Part shown: positions 8,646-18,301 of the stretch, in pieces
Layout: each line of letters starts with the position of its first letter
Numbering within the stretch: position 1 is the stretch's first letter
Origin: Candidatus Latescibacterota bacterium
GTDB lineage: Bacteria; Latescibacterota; UBA2968; UBA8231
NCBI GenBank assembly: GCA_965215195.1
Contig: CBDCDC010000002.1
Span: 2,304,001 to 2,368,000, forward strand
DNA: 64,000 nucleotides
Direction of reading: 5' to 3'
Notes under the pieces: model-generated
Seen by the model: the letters and a program-made list of their open reading frames with translations, nothing else
Told to the model about the DNA's origin: nothing
Database searches by the model: none
Program-made: the position numbers and the translations under genes

Positions 8646-10142
8646 ATGCCTAACGAGGAACGCCGCCCCATTGGCCACGCTTGGCTCAGGCGAGAACTAG
8701 CTTTAGCGGTTCCTCGGCCAGCAACCGAGAGCTACGTCGTGGCCGGCAGCCGGCGAACCGAAGTACGCGGATCGCGCATCGTCGAGCTATATCCTCGACA
8801 ATATGCCACCGACGAGTCGGTCGCGTCGCACATCCGATTCGCACTGCGCCGCGAACCGGTGGATCTCGCCGTGCTGGTGGCAGCCTTCAAGGCCAAGGTG
8901 CTCTTAACGCTCGCTAGTTTCGCGGCCTTTGCGCTCTTCATCTATCCCGCTGCTGTCCGCGGAGACCGAGGAACCTTGCTCGAAGCCTTGTTGCTTCCCA
9001 ATCCCATCTGCGCACCCGTGCTCTCGGCCGTTGCCAAGCACGAATTACAGATCCTCTATACGCAAATCGACCGCGACGCCGACAGCCGGCCGCGTTTTAC
9101 TCGGCACGAGTACCGCGTCAATCCGCAGGATTATTTTTATCCGGCCAGTGCGATCAAGCTGGCAGGGGCCCTGCTGGCGTTGGAAAAGCTCAATCAACTG
9201 GGCATTGCGGGCGTGGACCGGCATACGCCCGTCCGCATCGACAGCGCGTATAGCGGGCAGACCGCGGTGCGCGAAGACCCGACCGCACCGGATGGTCTGC
9301 CCACAATCGCCCACTACATCCGCAAGCTCTTCGCCGTCAGCGACAACGACGCGTACAACCGGCTCTACGAGTTTGTAGGACAGCAGCGGATGAACGAAGG
9401 GCTGTGGGAGAAGGGATACTGGGATGTGCGCCTGACGCACCGACTTGCCATGGTGCGCTCACCCGAGGAAAACCGGCACACGAACCCGCTGGCGTTCTAC
9501 CAAGGCGACCAAATCCTCTACCGGCAGCCGATGCTGGTCAATCCGCATACGTGGCGCGCACCCGCGCCGATTCTCAAAGGCGAGGGACACATCCAAGGCG
9601 GAGCGTTGGTGGCCGCGCCCAAGGATTTCGCTGGGTCGAACTACATGGCGATGGAAGTGTTACAAGACCTACTGGTGGCGGTGTTTTTCCCCGAGGAGTT
9701 GCCCGCAGAACGGCGCTTCGATCTGCGGCCCGACGACTACCGCTTCCTCTACCGCGCCATGTCCATGTTGCCGCGCCAGTGTCCCCACTCCCAATACGAC
9801 CCGGAGCGGTACTACGACAGCTACGCGAAGTTTTTCCTGTTCGGCGACCGCAAGGAACCCATGCCCGAGTCGGTGCGAATCTTCAACAAGGTGGGGTTGG
9901 CCTATGGGTATGTGACCGACAACGCCTATGTCGTCGACTTTGAGCGCGGGGTTGAGTTTTTGCTAACGGCCGTGGTGCTGGTAAACGAGAACGGCATTTT
10001 TAACGACGGGGTCTACGAATACGACGAGGTGGGGTTGCCGTTTCTGGCCGAACTGGGTCGGGTCATCTACGCGTACGAGTTAGAGCGCAAACGAGCGCAT
10101 CGGCCGGATTTGAGCAAGTGGAGGGTCAACTACGGGCCATAG
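8646..10142 (+). CDS. Serine hydrolase/class A beta-lactamase-like protein with a fused Fic-family N-terminal fragment
   Basis: YFYPASAIK (SxxK), SDN and NKVG motifs. The first ~83 aa (IGHAWL...YPRQY...HIRFALRREPVDL) resemble N-termini of long Fic proteins. Confidence 0.75.
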   Translation: MPNEERRPIGHAWLRRELALAVPRPATESYVVAGSRRTEVRGSRIVELYPRQYATDESVASHIRFALRREPVDLAVLVAAFKAKVLLTLASFAAFALFIYPAAVRGDRGTLLEALLLPNPICAPVLSAVAKHELQILYTQIDRDADSRPRFTRHEYRVNPQDYFYPASAIKLAGALLALEKLNQLGIAGVDRHTPVRIDSAYSGQTAVREDPTAPDGLPTIAHYIRKLFAVSDNDAYNRLYEFVGQQRMNEGLWEKGYWDVRLTHRLAMVRSPEENRHTNPLAFYQGDQILYRQPMLVNPHTWRAPAPILKGEGHIQGGALVAAPKDFAGSNYMAMEVLQDLLVAVFFPEELPAERRFDLRPDDYRFLYRAMSMLPRQCPHSQYDPERYYDSYAKFFLFGDRKEPMPESVRIFNKVGLAYGYVTDNAYVVDFERGVEFLLTAVVLVNENGIFNDGVYEYDEVGLPFLAELGRVIYAYELERKRAHRPDLSKWRVNYGP

Positions 10143-10154
10143 ATGCCGACCGCT

Positions 10155-11165
10155 TCAGCCCACTTCCACCCCCTGCACCCCAAATACTTCCCGCAAAAAA
10201 TTCTCGCCCATCCGCACGTAGCCGGTGGCGTCTGGATGGAGGTTATCGGGCAGGTACTCGGCGAGGCTTTCGTCGAAGAGCTTGAGACCGTCTATGTAAT
10301 AGATGTTGTCGTCGCCGCGCCTTTTGAACGCTTCCACAGCTTCCGCAACCTCAACCCGCATCTGTTCCAAGGTCAGGCCGACCGCATTGGGCGTGGTCTC
10401 GCGGTCGTGACCCCAAATCGGCGAACAGACCGCAAACGGGGTGTGGGGATGGCCGTCGCGGATCGTGGCAATGGTGCCGAGGACGGCCGGGCGGAAGGCA
10501 CGCGGCCCGAGGCTGGCCGCGCCGTAGATGTTGATGCCGATCTTGACCGAGACAAAGTCGGTCGGCAGGTCGCGGATCAGCCGGGCGATGAACGGGTCGG
10601 CGTGGCACTGGCCGCCGTAGCCCAGCGACGTGAGGTTGAAATTCTGGGCGCGAGCTACCACCCCGGGCCAAGTGGTGGCGGGCGATCCGGCGCTGCGGCA
10701 ATGGGTGATGGAGCTGCCATAGGCAACCCACTTCAGCCGCGTGTCTTCGCTTTTTTCGCTGCGCGCTCCCTCGGGCAATGCAATGTGGCGCAGGGCAACG
10801 GGCATGGCCGGCGACAGCCAAATCTCCACGGATTTCTCGCCCGCCGGCAAGCCCTCGAAGCGGACCTCAGTCGCGCCGGCCACAGGCGAAGCCGTAGCCG
10901 CGATCTGCCCGCTGATGCACAGGTCAAAGTTGCCGTCCTCGGCCAGCGGCTCGCAGCCGACGACTAGTGCCTCGGCGTCGGTGGCCAAGCGGACGCGCAC
11001 ACCCGAAGGCATCTCAGCCCGCCCGGCCAAGCCGCTCTCCCCGGGCGAGTACAGGTCCGTATCCTCATAGGGAATGCGCCAAGGCTTGACCCAGCCCGGC
11101 CCCTGTTCGAGCGACAGGGTGCCGCTCCAAGTCAGGCGGGGGTCAGCAGCAGGAATGACGGGCAT
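10155..11165 (-). CDS. SGNH/GDSL hydrolase with an N-terminal beta domain (SsfX3-like)
   Basis: YGSSIT block I, LGYGG, GIN, and DNLHP block V. Confidence 0.85.
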   Translation of the reverse strand: MPVIPAADPRLTWSGTLSLEQGPGWVKPWRIPYEDTDLYSPGESGLAGRAEMPSGVRVRLATDAEALVVGCEPLAEDGNFDLCISGQIAATASPVAGATEVRFEGLPAGEKSVEIWLSPAMPVALRHIALPEGARSEKSEDTRLKWVAYGSSITHCRSAGSPATTWPGVVARAQNFNLTSLGYGGQCHADPFIARLIRDLPTDFVSVKIGINIYGAASLGPRAFRPAVLGTIATIRDGHPHTPFAVCSPIWGHDRETTPNAVGLTLEQMRVEVAEAVEAFKRRGDDNIYYIDGLKLFDESLAEYLPDNLHPDATGYVRMGENFLREVFGVQGVEVG

Positions 11166-11177
11166 GGAAAATCCTCC

Positions 11178-12014
11178 TCAGCCGGTGCGCGGCCGAATCA
11201 CGGTTTCGCCGTCGGGTTCGACCAGGGGCCGGTTGTAGATGTAGGGGGGTTCGAGGACCGCTTGTTGCGCCTCGGTCAGCTCGCCGACCCATGCGGGTTG
11301 GCTGGTCTGGTAAGTGCCGCCGGCAAAGTGCAGGTACTTGGGCGAGTAGCGGTAGAGCAGGGAGCGTCGCTCGTGCTCGGCCTTCCAAGGGAGCGTACCG
11401 TGCAGGGTCGCCTCGTTGAAAATGACCATGTCGCCGGCCTTACAGGGGACGTTGTACACGATCTCGCGGTGCTCCTGCCAGTGGCGGATCTTTTCCGGCA
11501 GCGGGAAATTCGCCTTGTGACTGCCCGGGATCACGCACAACCCACCGTCGCCCTCCTTGACGGCGGCGAGCTGGAACTGGCAGACGATCATGCCGCAGCG
11601 CATCTGGTCGTTGGCATAAGCGTAGTATTGGGCGCCGTTGAAGTGGCGGCTAGTCGAGCCGTGGAGGATTAGGCCCTCGGCTCCCTTGCCGCCGCAGAGC
11701 ATAAAGGGCGAGTGGTCCATCTTCCAGCCGCGGCCAAAGAGCGCGTCGAGATAGGGGATGAGTTTTTTGTGCGCCAACAGGGTGCGGAAGGGCCGGCAGT
11801 GGGGTTTTTCCCATTCGAGCATCCCCGTGAAGATACCGCGCCGCCTACCTTCGAGCGCGTCGCTGCCGCCGGTGTTGTGGTTGCCGTCTTCGCCGCGCTT
11901 GTCTTCATTGGCGTCAAAGGCCGCGTTGAGTGCATCAACTTCGGCAGGGGTGAGGAAATCGGGGACCTTCAGGAAGCCCTGTAAGTCGAAGAGAAATTTT
12001 TCCGTGTCGTTCAT
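11178..12014 (-). CDS. PhyH-family Fe(II)/2OG enzyme
   Basis: EKFLFDLQGFL, GGLCVIPGSHK, KAGDMVIFNEATLHGT...RR. Confidence 0.88.
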   Translation of the reverse strand: MNDTEKFLFDLQGFLKVPDFLTPAEVDALNAAFDANEDKRGEDGNHNTGGSDALEGRRRGIFTGMLEWEKPHCRPFRTLLAHKKLIPYLDALFGRGWKMDHSPFMLCGGKGAEGLILHGSTSRHFNGAQYYAYANDQMRCGMIVCQFQLAAVKEGDGGLCVIPGSHKANFPLPEKIRHWQEHREIVYNVPCKAGDMVIFNEATLHGTLPWKAEHERRSLLYRYSPKYLHFAGGTYQTSQPAWVGELTEAQQAVLEPPYIYNRPLVEPDGETVIRPRTG

Positions 12015-12812
12015 TTAATAATACGTCTCCGCGTTGTGTACCGGATCGTAGCCGACTTCGCGCCGGGGCGTTTCAATGTCAAAGATGTTGTAGGTGTTGT
12101 CCGAGATGGCAAAGTAATGCGCGCCGCTGGGCAGGTCGCCGGCGCAATGCCGCTGGAAGCAGGCGTGGACCAAGCGGGCGGCGTCCTCTTGGTGGCACCA
12201 GACCGCGAAGTACCCGCGCTCGGCTGCCAAGGGATCGTTTTGGGCGTTGACGCCGCCCCAGCGCATGGCAATGGCACTGTGGCCCTCGTCGGCGACCTTT
12301 TGCACCCACTCCTCCACGTAGGCTTTTTCGCGTCCGTAGTCGTTGATCGGATGCGCGGGCACGGCTGCGGAAATCCGCTCGGGCCAATGGGTTATTTTGT
12401 CGAAGCGCCGCTCGGCCAAGGTCCAATAGAAGCCCTCCGCGTGAAAGTCGTATAGCCCATCAACCGCGTGAACCGAACTGGAGCCGACGATCATCGGCGG
12501 GTCGTCTTGGGCCAACACTGCTTCAAATACCAAATCGGTCATCCGGTTCATGGCCTCCAAGCCGCCACCGCGGGCCAGATAGACGATCAAGTCGCACCCG
12601 GGGATCAGGGCGCGAAAGGCATCCGGCGACTCCACAATATCGAGGTCGATAAAATCCCCTCCGGCATCCGGCTCGGTCGCCTTATCTGGCGCATTAGGCA
12701 AATCCACAGAAACCATGCAGTAGCGCGGGTCGCACCGCGGCATATAGGTCCGCAAGCCCGAGCCAATTGTGCCGCGCCCGCCAATGAGCAAAACCTTGTA
12801 TTCTGACGCCAT
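12015..12812 (-). CDS. NAD-dependent epimerase/dehydratase (extended SDR)
   Basis: IGGRGTIG, SSVHA, and YGREK (YxxxK). Confidence 0.8.
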   Translation of the reverse strand: MASEYKVLLIGGRGTIGSGLRTYMPRCDPRYCMVSVDLPNAPDKATEPDAGGDFIDLDIVESPDAFRALIPGCDLIVYLARGGGLEAMNRMTDLVFEAVLAQDDPPMIVGSSSVHAVDGLYDFHAEGFYWTLAERRFDKITHWPERISAAVPAHPINDYGREKAYVEEWVQKVADEGHSAIAMRWGGVNAQNDPLAAERGYFAVWCHQEDAARLVHACFQRHCAGDLPSGAHYFAISDNTYNIFDIETPRREVGYDPVHNAETYY

Positions 12813-13005
12813 GCAATTCCTCCTTGCGTGGGGGCAAACCTAAGCGACGGCCCGCCGATTGACCAGCCTTTCCGGCACAGTGGCCGCTGATTCAGTTCGT
12901 CCCGATGAACGCGCCACTGAGGCATGAACCCTGGTCGCGGAGCTGACGGCGCTTGTAACCTACTAACACCTCTTTCGATAGCGCACAGTGCCCATTGTCC
13001 CTTCC

Positions 13006-13157
13006 CTTACTACCCGACACCAGCCCTCAGCCTGCCAAGGATCGAGGGCATCTTGCCCTCGTCGAGGGCGGGACGCCCTCGATCCCGCACCCAGCGGAAA
13101 CAGCAGAAAAGGCGTACTCAAAGTAAGGGGCGCCTACTTTAGGTGGCGTGTACTAAG
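13006..13157 (+). mobile_element. MITE family A, copy 1
   Basis: Termini CTTACTACCCGACACC / GGTGGCGTGTACTAAG. 9-bp direct flanks GTCCCTTCC at 12997-13005 and 13158-13166. Confidence 0.9.
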
Positions 13158-13173
13158 GTCCCTTCCTCACTAT

Positions 13174-14436
13174 TCATCGTCTGCACCTTCCCTTCGGCTC
13201 CTCTCCAGTTCCTCGGCGCAGCGTCAACCGCAAGTAGTCCTCGGTCGCCTCAAACTCCGGGTCGACGCCGTTGTGCGCCCGCATCAACGGAATGATCTTG
13301 TTCCGCACCCCCATGCCGCGTGCATCGGAATAGCTGTAGTCCCGCAACGTCTCGGAGATGAGCAGATTGCGCGGAACCCGTTGGCCAGCGATCATCTTTT
13401 CGACCGTCATGCCGTTTTGTAGCGCACCGGGGCTGAGTATCTCTATCCGGTCCGCATAACGGACCACCTCAATTTGCTCGTACCGCGTCCAGTCTCGATG
13501 CGTTAGCGCGTTGACAACCCCTTCGCGCAGCGCTTCGAGCGGATAGTGCCAGCGTCGCTCCCGGCGCATGGACTCTTCTACTTGGCTAGCTTCCTTGGAT
13601 ACGAACGGCCGCATCGCATCGGCAAGGCGTTCGATCAGCCCCTTTTCCACCAGTTCACGCCCCCCCGACAGCACCTGCCAAAGACCGACGAGCGGCCCTT
13701 CAATGACTTGATCGTCAAGGGCTGCGTAGGTTTTTTCCTCGCCCTCAAAGCACATCCAGCGGATGCCGGCATGGCGCAACAGGCGGCGCGGCCGATAGCC
13801 GAACAAGATCAAACCAGCGATTGTACAGGCGGGCGGGCCGTCTTCCCGCTCGGTCATGAATCCCAGCGCACAAAGCCGCTCGCCCCACGCCGCATCAGTC
13901 TCTGGCACTTCCCAGTCGCCGACGATCGCGGTGAGGTAGTCGGCCAGCCGTTCCCGACTCAAATCGCACAAGCCGCTGCCAGAAACGGGCAATAGCTCGG
14001 TGTGAATCAGCCCACCGGCAGCGAAAAGCCGTGCCTGCTGCTCGCGTGAAGCCAGCCGCGAGGTGCTGCCGATCCGTACGTAGATGTCTTCCCTGCCGCG
14101 ATACCGGACGACGTAGGGTTTGGTGGCACCTTGCGTAACGGTGACAACCGCGACGCGGCGTACATCATCTAGCGGAATCTCCTCGTAGAACGGCAGGATC
14201 ATTGGATGCACCGTGCGCCCAAACACAGAATCCATCACCCACTGTTCGAGATCGTCTCTCTGGATGCCAGTGATGGTGCCGTCGTCTTCCACGCCAAGAA
14301 GGACGCGCCCCCCCTGAAAGTTGGCGAGCGCCACCACTTCCCGTGCGAGTTGCTCTGGACGCAAATCGTCTCGCTTGAACTCCACTCCAGAGTTCTCGCC
14401 CCCGGCTATCAGTTCGAGAAGTTCCGAGCGCTTCAT
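13174..14436 (-). CDS. Schlafen/AlbA_2 domain + HATPase_c_4 (RecG C-terminal-like) protein
   Basis: GENSGVEFK, VALANFQGG.VLLGVEDDG, ALREGVVNALTHRD, SPGAL, RGMGV. Confidence 0.88.
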   Translation of the reverse strand: MKRSELLELIAGGENSGVEFKRDDLRPEQLAREVVALANFQGGRVLLGVEDDGTITGIQRDDLEQWVMDSVFGRTVHPMILPFYEEIPLDDVRRVAVVTVTQGATKPYVVRYRGREDIYVRIGSTSRLASREQQARLFAAGGLIHTELLPVSGSGLCDLSRERLADYLTAIVGDWEVPETDAAWGERLCALGFMTEREDGPPACTIAGLILFGYRPRRLLRHAGIRWMCFEGEEKTYAALDDQVIEGPLVGLWQVLSGGRELVEKGLIERLADAMRPFVSKEASQVEESMRRERRWHYPLEALREGVVNALTHRDWTRYEQIEVVRYADRIEILSPGALQNGMTVEKMIAGQRVPRNLLISETLRDYSYSDARGMGVRNKIIPLMRAHNGVDPEFEATEDYLRLTLRRGTGEEPKGRCRR

Positions 14437-14549
14437 CGCACCGTTCCACAATCTATCGTCAGCCCCATCCGCTGGCGGCGGCGAGGCTTGGGGCGAGGCT
14501 TCGGCGGTCTCCCTCCTTTTGGGGATCCACTACCACGTTTTTTAGCCAT
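14433..14549 (-). CDS. Small basic Lys/Arg/Pro-rich ORF (38 aa)
   Basis: MAKKRGSGSPKGGRPPKPRPKPRRRQR. Its stop overlaps the ATG of the AlbA_2 gene (ATGA). Confidence 0.4.
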   Translation of the reverse strand: MAKKRGSGSPKGGRPPKPRPKPRRRQRMGLTIDCGTVR

Positions 14550-14629
14550 ATTGCTTAGTACCAATGCTGTGGACATTTTTTCTGTGACCAGCCAATTCAA
14601 GAAAGCGCCCCGCAAACATCAATATGTAG

Positions 14630-14658
14630 TTGACAACTATTTTTAGCCCCAATAGATT
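14630..14658 (+). promoter_or_regulatory. sigma70 promoter of zapA
   Basis: TTGACA-17 nt-TAGATT, 45 bp upstream of the zapA ATG. Confidence 0.65.
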
Positions 14659-14703
14659 GATTACTCGCCACGTGGTTAGCACACAATTATCCCAAAAAAT
14701 CTC

Positions 14704-15033
14704 ATGTCGCAACAACAGCCCATCGCGGTCCGCATCTACAATCAGACCTATCACCTCGTCAACAGCGAGGACCAAGACCCCGAGTACATTCGGCTCGCCG
14801 CAGCCTATCTCGACGAGAAGATGCAGCAGACCGCCGCTAGGGTCGGGTCCCGCGCCCCGCTCGACATCGCCATCTTAGCCGCGCTCGATATCGCCGAAGA
14901 AGTGATCGGCGCTCGCCAGCACAAGGACGCACTGCTCAACAGAGCCGATGCCCGCATCGACTCCTTCACCCAGTTGCTATCCGACGATCCCATCACCACA
15001 GACACCCCCTCCACCGACGCCAAGCGGTTCTGA
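14704..15033 (+). CDS. zapA: Cell division protein ZapA
   Basis: VRIYNQTY...EYIRLAAAYLDEKM...IAILAALDIAEE followed by a coiled coil. Confidence 0.88.
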   Translation: MSQQQPIAVRIYNQTYHLVNSEDQDPEYIRLAAAYLDEKMQQTAARVGSRAPLDIAILAALDIAEEVIGARQHKDALLNRADARIDSFTQLLSDDPITTDTPSTDAKRF

Positions 15034-15040
15034 TTCCCTT

Positions 15041-16780
15041 CTATATATAGTACTGGATTTCCCGCTCCCTAGACTCTCGGGAGTGAGGCACATTGAGCGG
15101 ACACCGCGCCTTGTAATCGGGATGGAGTTGCGCCCACAGGAACTCGAGCGCGTGTTGATTCCAGTGAAAAAAGTGATCGCGGCCAATCTGCTCCATCAGC
15201 CCCGACCGCTCCAGCGCGTCGGTAAGCTGCCGTTTGGCCCGCGTGAAGTACAGGTCCAGCCCAACTTCGCGCAGGCGTTCAACCACGTTGCGCAGCGCCT
15301 GTTCGCCCGAAGCGTCGATCCGGTTGATCCCGTCCGCATCGAGAATTAAGTACTTCAGCTCGGGTGCCCAAGCGATCGTTTCGAGCACCTTGTCCTCAAA
15401 ATAACGGCCAGACCCAAAGTACAGTTGGCCGTCAAAGCGCATAATCGCGATCTGCTGATCCGGCCGCAGGCCCGCGTCGCTTTCGCGCATGGTGCCGTCG
15501 AGGTGCCGGGCGAGAAAAACCACGCGGGGCCGCATGGTGCGGTAGAAGTTGAGCACCAGCGAGGCGCCCACGCCGAGGGCAACCCCCAAGTGCAGGTCCG
15601 GTGCCAAGACCAGCGTAGCGACAAAAGTCGCCGCCCCAATCAACCCGTCGTGGGCTTTAATGCGCCAAGCGGTCAAGAGGGGCTGGATGCGCACCAAGCC
15701 GCACACCGCGGCGATGATGACAATGGCGAGGGTGGCTTGGGGCAGATAGTACAACAGCGGCGTGAGCCAAAGCAGGGTCGCGGCGATGACCAGCGACGCC
15801 ACGACCGAGGCAAAACCCGTCCGCGCCCCGCTTTGGTAGTTGACGGCCGACCGCGAAAACGAACCCGAAGTCGCATAGCTTTGGAAAAGCCCGCCGACCA
15901 GATTGGCCATGCCTTGGCCGATGAGTTCCCTATTGATATCGAGATGCTGCCGCGTCCGGGCGGCAAGGGTCTTGGCAATGGCCATGGCCTCCATCAGGCC
16001 GAGCAGGGTCAAGGTCAAGGCCCCCGCAAAGAGCTGGGATAGGATCTCCGCGTCTAGGGCCGGCAGCAAGGGCCGCGGCAAACCGCGCGGGATCTCGCCG
16101 ACCACTTCCCCGCTAAACCCGACCAGCCAAGAAACGAGCGTGGTGACCGCCAGCGTCGTCAACATGCTCGGCAACTCCCAGCGCACGCGGCGCAAAACCA
16201 CCAGCAGGCCCCCGGCCAACGCCGCCATCCCCAGCGTCGGCCAATGGACCTCAAACAGCGCCACGTCGATGACGCGAAGGGCCGCCAGCAAATGCCCCCC
16301 CGGCTGGGGTGCCACACCGAACACCTTGTGCAATTGGGAGATGGCAATGATAAAGGCCGCGGCATTGGTAAAGCCGACGACCACCGGGCTGGACAGCAGG
16401 TCGATCAGCAAGCCCAACCGCAACGCGCCCAAGGCGATCCGTATCAGGCCGACGAGTAAGCCCAAGGCCAGCGAATAGGCGATATATAGCTCGCCGCCCG
16501 CCGGGGCGAGCCCCTGCACGGTCGTCGCGCTGATGAGCGAAGCTATGGCCACCGGGCCAGTGGACAAATGCCGGGAAGAGCCAAAGAGAGCGGCTACGGC
16601 CGGCGGCAGAAAGGCCGCGTACAGCCCATAGACCGGCGGCAGCCCGGCCAGCTCGGCGTAGGCCATGGCTTGGGGCACGAGGATCGTCGCCACAGTGAGG
16701 CCCGCGACCACATCGGCGCGCAAGACGCCCGGCTGGCCGAGTTCGGGCAACCAGTGGATAAATGGAAAAAATCGCTTCAT
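15041..16780 (-). CDS. SulP-family anion transporter with STAS domain
   Basis: DVVAGLTV...PQAMAYAELAGLP..GLY, GSFSRSAVN, STAS DASG motif. Start taken at MKRFFPF. Confidence 0.93.
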   Translation of the reverse strand: MKRFFPFIHWLPELGQPGVLRADVVAGLTVATILVPQAMAYAELAGLPPVYGLYAAFLPPAVAALFGSSRHLSTGPVAIASLISATTVQGLAPAGGELYIAYSLALGLLVGLIRIALGALRLGLLIDLLSSPVVVGFTNAAAFIIAISQLHKVFGVAPQPGGHLLAALRVIDVALFEVHWPTLGMAALAGGLLVVLRRVRWELPSMLTTLAVTTLVSWLVGFSGEVVGEIPRGLPRPLLPALDAEILSQLFAGALTLTLLGLMEAMAIAKTLAARTRQHLDINRELIGQGMANLVGGLFQSYATSGSFSRSAVNYQSGARTGFASVVASLVIAATLLWLTPLLYYLPQATLAIVIIAAVCGLVRIQPLLTAWRIKAHDGLIGAATFVATLVLAPDLHLGVALGVGASLVLNFYRTMRPRVVFLARHLDGTMRESDAGLRPDQQIAIMRFDGQLYFGSGRYFEDKVLETIAWAPELKYLILDADGINRIDASGEQALRNVVERLREVGLDLYFTRAKRQLTDALERSGLMEQIGRDHFFHWNQHALEFLWAQLHPDYKARCPLNVPHSRESREREIQYYI

Positions 16781-16863
16781 GCGTTCGCTAGAGGTAGGTT
16801 GACACCCAGTCGGCGGCCAGCGTACACTTAGCGGACTATCCACCTCGACAGCAGGAGTGCCGC

Positions 16864-17652
16864 ATGGACCCACACAAGCAGCGAGCCTTTTTCGACCAGC
16901 AGGGCTACTTAATCGCCCCCGACCTGCTCAACGGCTGCGAAGTCGCCGAATGCCAGCGCGAGATCCAACGCCTGCATCAGCTAGCGGCCAGCCAAGATCC
17001 GCTCAGCCACCACTTTCAGCGCGAGCCTTTTTCTAAAGACCAAAACCGCAATGGCCTGCCGGTGCTGCGCAAAATAGAGAACACCCGCGCCCTGTCGCCG
17101 TACTTTGCCCAACTCGCGGCCCATCCCGGCCTCGTTGCCCTCGTGCAGAATCTTCTCGGGGACGACCTGCTCCTCTTTCGCAGCACCTTGATGCTCAAGC
17201 CCGCCTTCCACGGCTCGGCCCACGCCCTGCACCAAGACTCGGCCTATTGGCCCATGGAGCCGCCCGCTCTCGTGACCGCGAGCATCGCCCTCGACGACGC
17301 CACCCCGGCCAACGGCTGCATCAAGGTCATTCCCGGCAGCCACCAGTGGGGCTTGCAGGAATGGGGCCACATCGCCCAACAGCAAGGGGCCCCGCTGACG
17401 AGTCGCGAGGACATTGACAGCTCGCGCCAGCTCGACGTGCCGCTTGCGGCCGGGTCCGCCGTGCTGTTCCACAGCTTGATGGTCCACGGTTCCGGCCCCA
17501 ACCAGACCGACCGCTCGCGCAACACCGCGCTCTACGCCTATTTCTCACCGCACGTGCGCTACGCACCCGGTGCCAACGGCCCACAGTCGAAGTCCTTCCC
17601 GGTCATCGCCGGCCTCAATGGCGCAGCCGAACACGTGCTAGTCGCCTCCTGA
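16864..17652 (+). CDS. PhyH-family dioxygenase
   Basis: HQD, NGCIKVIPGSH, HGSGPN...R. Confidence 0.92.
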   Translation: MDPHKQRAFFDQQGYLIAPDLLNGCEVAECQREIQRLHQLAASQDPLSHHFQREPFSKDQNRNGLPVLRKIENTRALSPYFAQLAAHPGLVALVQNLLGDDLLLFRSTLMLKPAFHGSAHALHQDSAYWPMEPPALVTASIALDDATPANGCIKVIPGSHQWGLQEWGHIAQQQGAPLTSREDIDSSRQLDVPLAAGSAVLFHSLMVHGSGPNQTDRSRNTALYAYFSPHVRYAPGANGPQSKSFPVIAGLNGAAEHVLVAS

Positions 17653-17720
17653 GCAACCGCCCTAAAAAAAGAGATTACATCCCTAAGTGCCAACGAGGTG
17701 GAGGGTGTCAACAGCGCATT

Positions 17721-17761
17721 AAAAAAAGGCCGATGCCCGCAGTGCGGACACCGGCCTTTTT
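17721..17761. terminator. Bidirectional terminator between convergent phyH and infC
   Basis: AAAAAAAGGCCG...CGGCCTTTTT hairpin with A and T tails. Confidence 0.85.
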
Positions 17762-17779
17762 GCGCTCCTCGGACCAACC

Positions 17780-18301
17780 TCAGAGGGGCCTGAGAATGAG
17801 CGACATTTCGCGGCCCTCCATTTTGGGATCCTGATCGACGACGGCTACATCCCCGAGCTTGACAGCCAACTCTCTCAGTAGCTGGTACCCCCGCTCCTGA
17901 TAGGCCATCTGCCGCCCGCGAAAGCGGACGCTGACTTTGACCCGGTTCCCCTTTTCGATAAACGTGCGAATGTGGCCCATCCGGTATTCGACATCGTGTT
18001 CGGAGGTATTGGCATAGCCGAGGCGAATGCCCTTCATCTGCACGTTGTGCTGCTTTTTGCGCGCTTCCTTGGCCTTCTTCTCTTGGTCGTAGCGGAACTT
18101 GCCGTAGTCGATAATCCGGCAGACCGGCGGGCGCGCTTCGGCCGCCACTTCCACTAGGTCGAGATTGGCTTCCTCGGCCATGGCCAAGGCACGGGCCGTT
18201 TCGATGATCCCCACCTGCCCCCCATCGGACCCAATGAGCCGGATTCGGGGGACGCGAATATCATCGTTTACTCTCGTAAAACTCTTTTTCTTTGCTGCGA
18301 T
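17780..18301 (-). CDS. infC: Translation initiation factor IF-3 (non-canonical ATC start)
   Basis: LDLVEV...PPVCRIIDYGKFRY and KVSVRFRGR. The frame extends upstream through RVNDDIRVPRIRLI to an ATC 8 nt after GGAGG. Confidence 0.95.
   Translation of the reverse strand: MAAKKKSFTRVNDDIRVPRIRLIGSDGGQVGIIETARALAMAEEANLDLVEVAAEARPPVCRIIDYGKFRYDQEKKAKEARKKQHNVQMKGIRLGYANTSEHDVEYRMGHIRTFIEKGNRVKVSVRFRGRQMAYQERGYQLLRELAVKLGDVAVVDQDPKMEGREMSLILRPL

Noticed and set aside
12924-13422. ORFs 12924..13142 and 12988..13422, and similar ORFs at 38837-39293 plus the 5' extension of 39235..40299
   Set aside because: They are translations of MITE-A sequence (the same peptide recurs at each copy), not genes.
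15033-15041. 6S RNA (ssrS), often found downstream of zapA
   Set aside because: Only 7 bp separate zapA from the convergent sulP stop, so there is no room.
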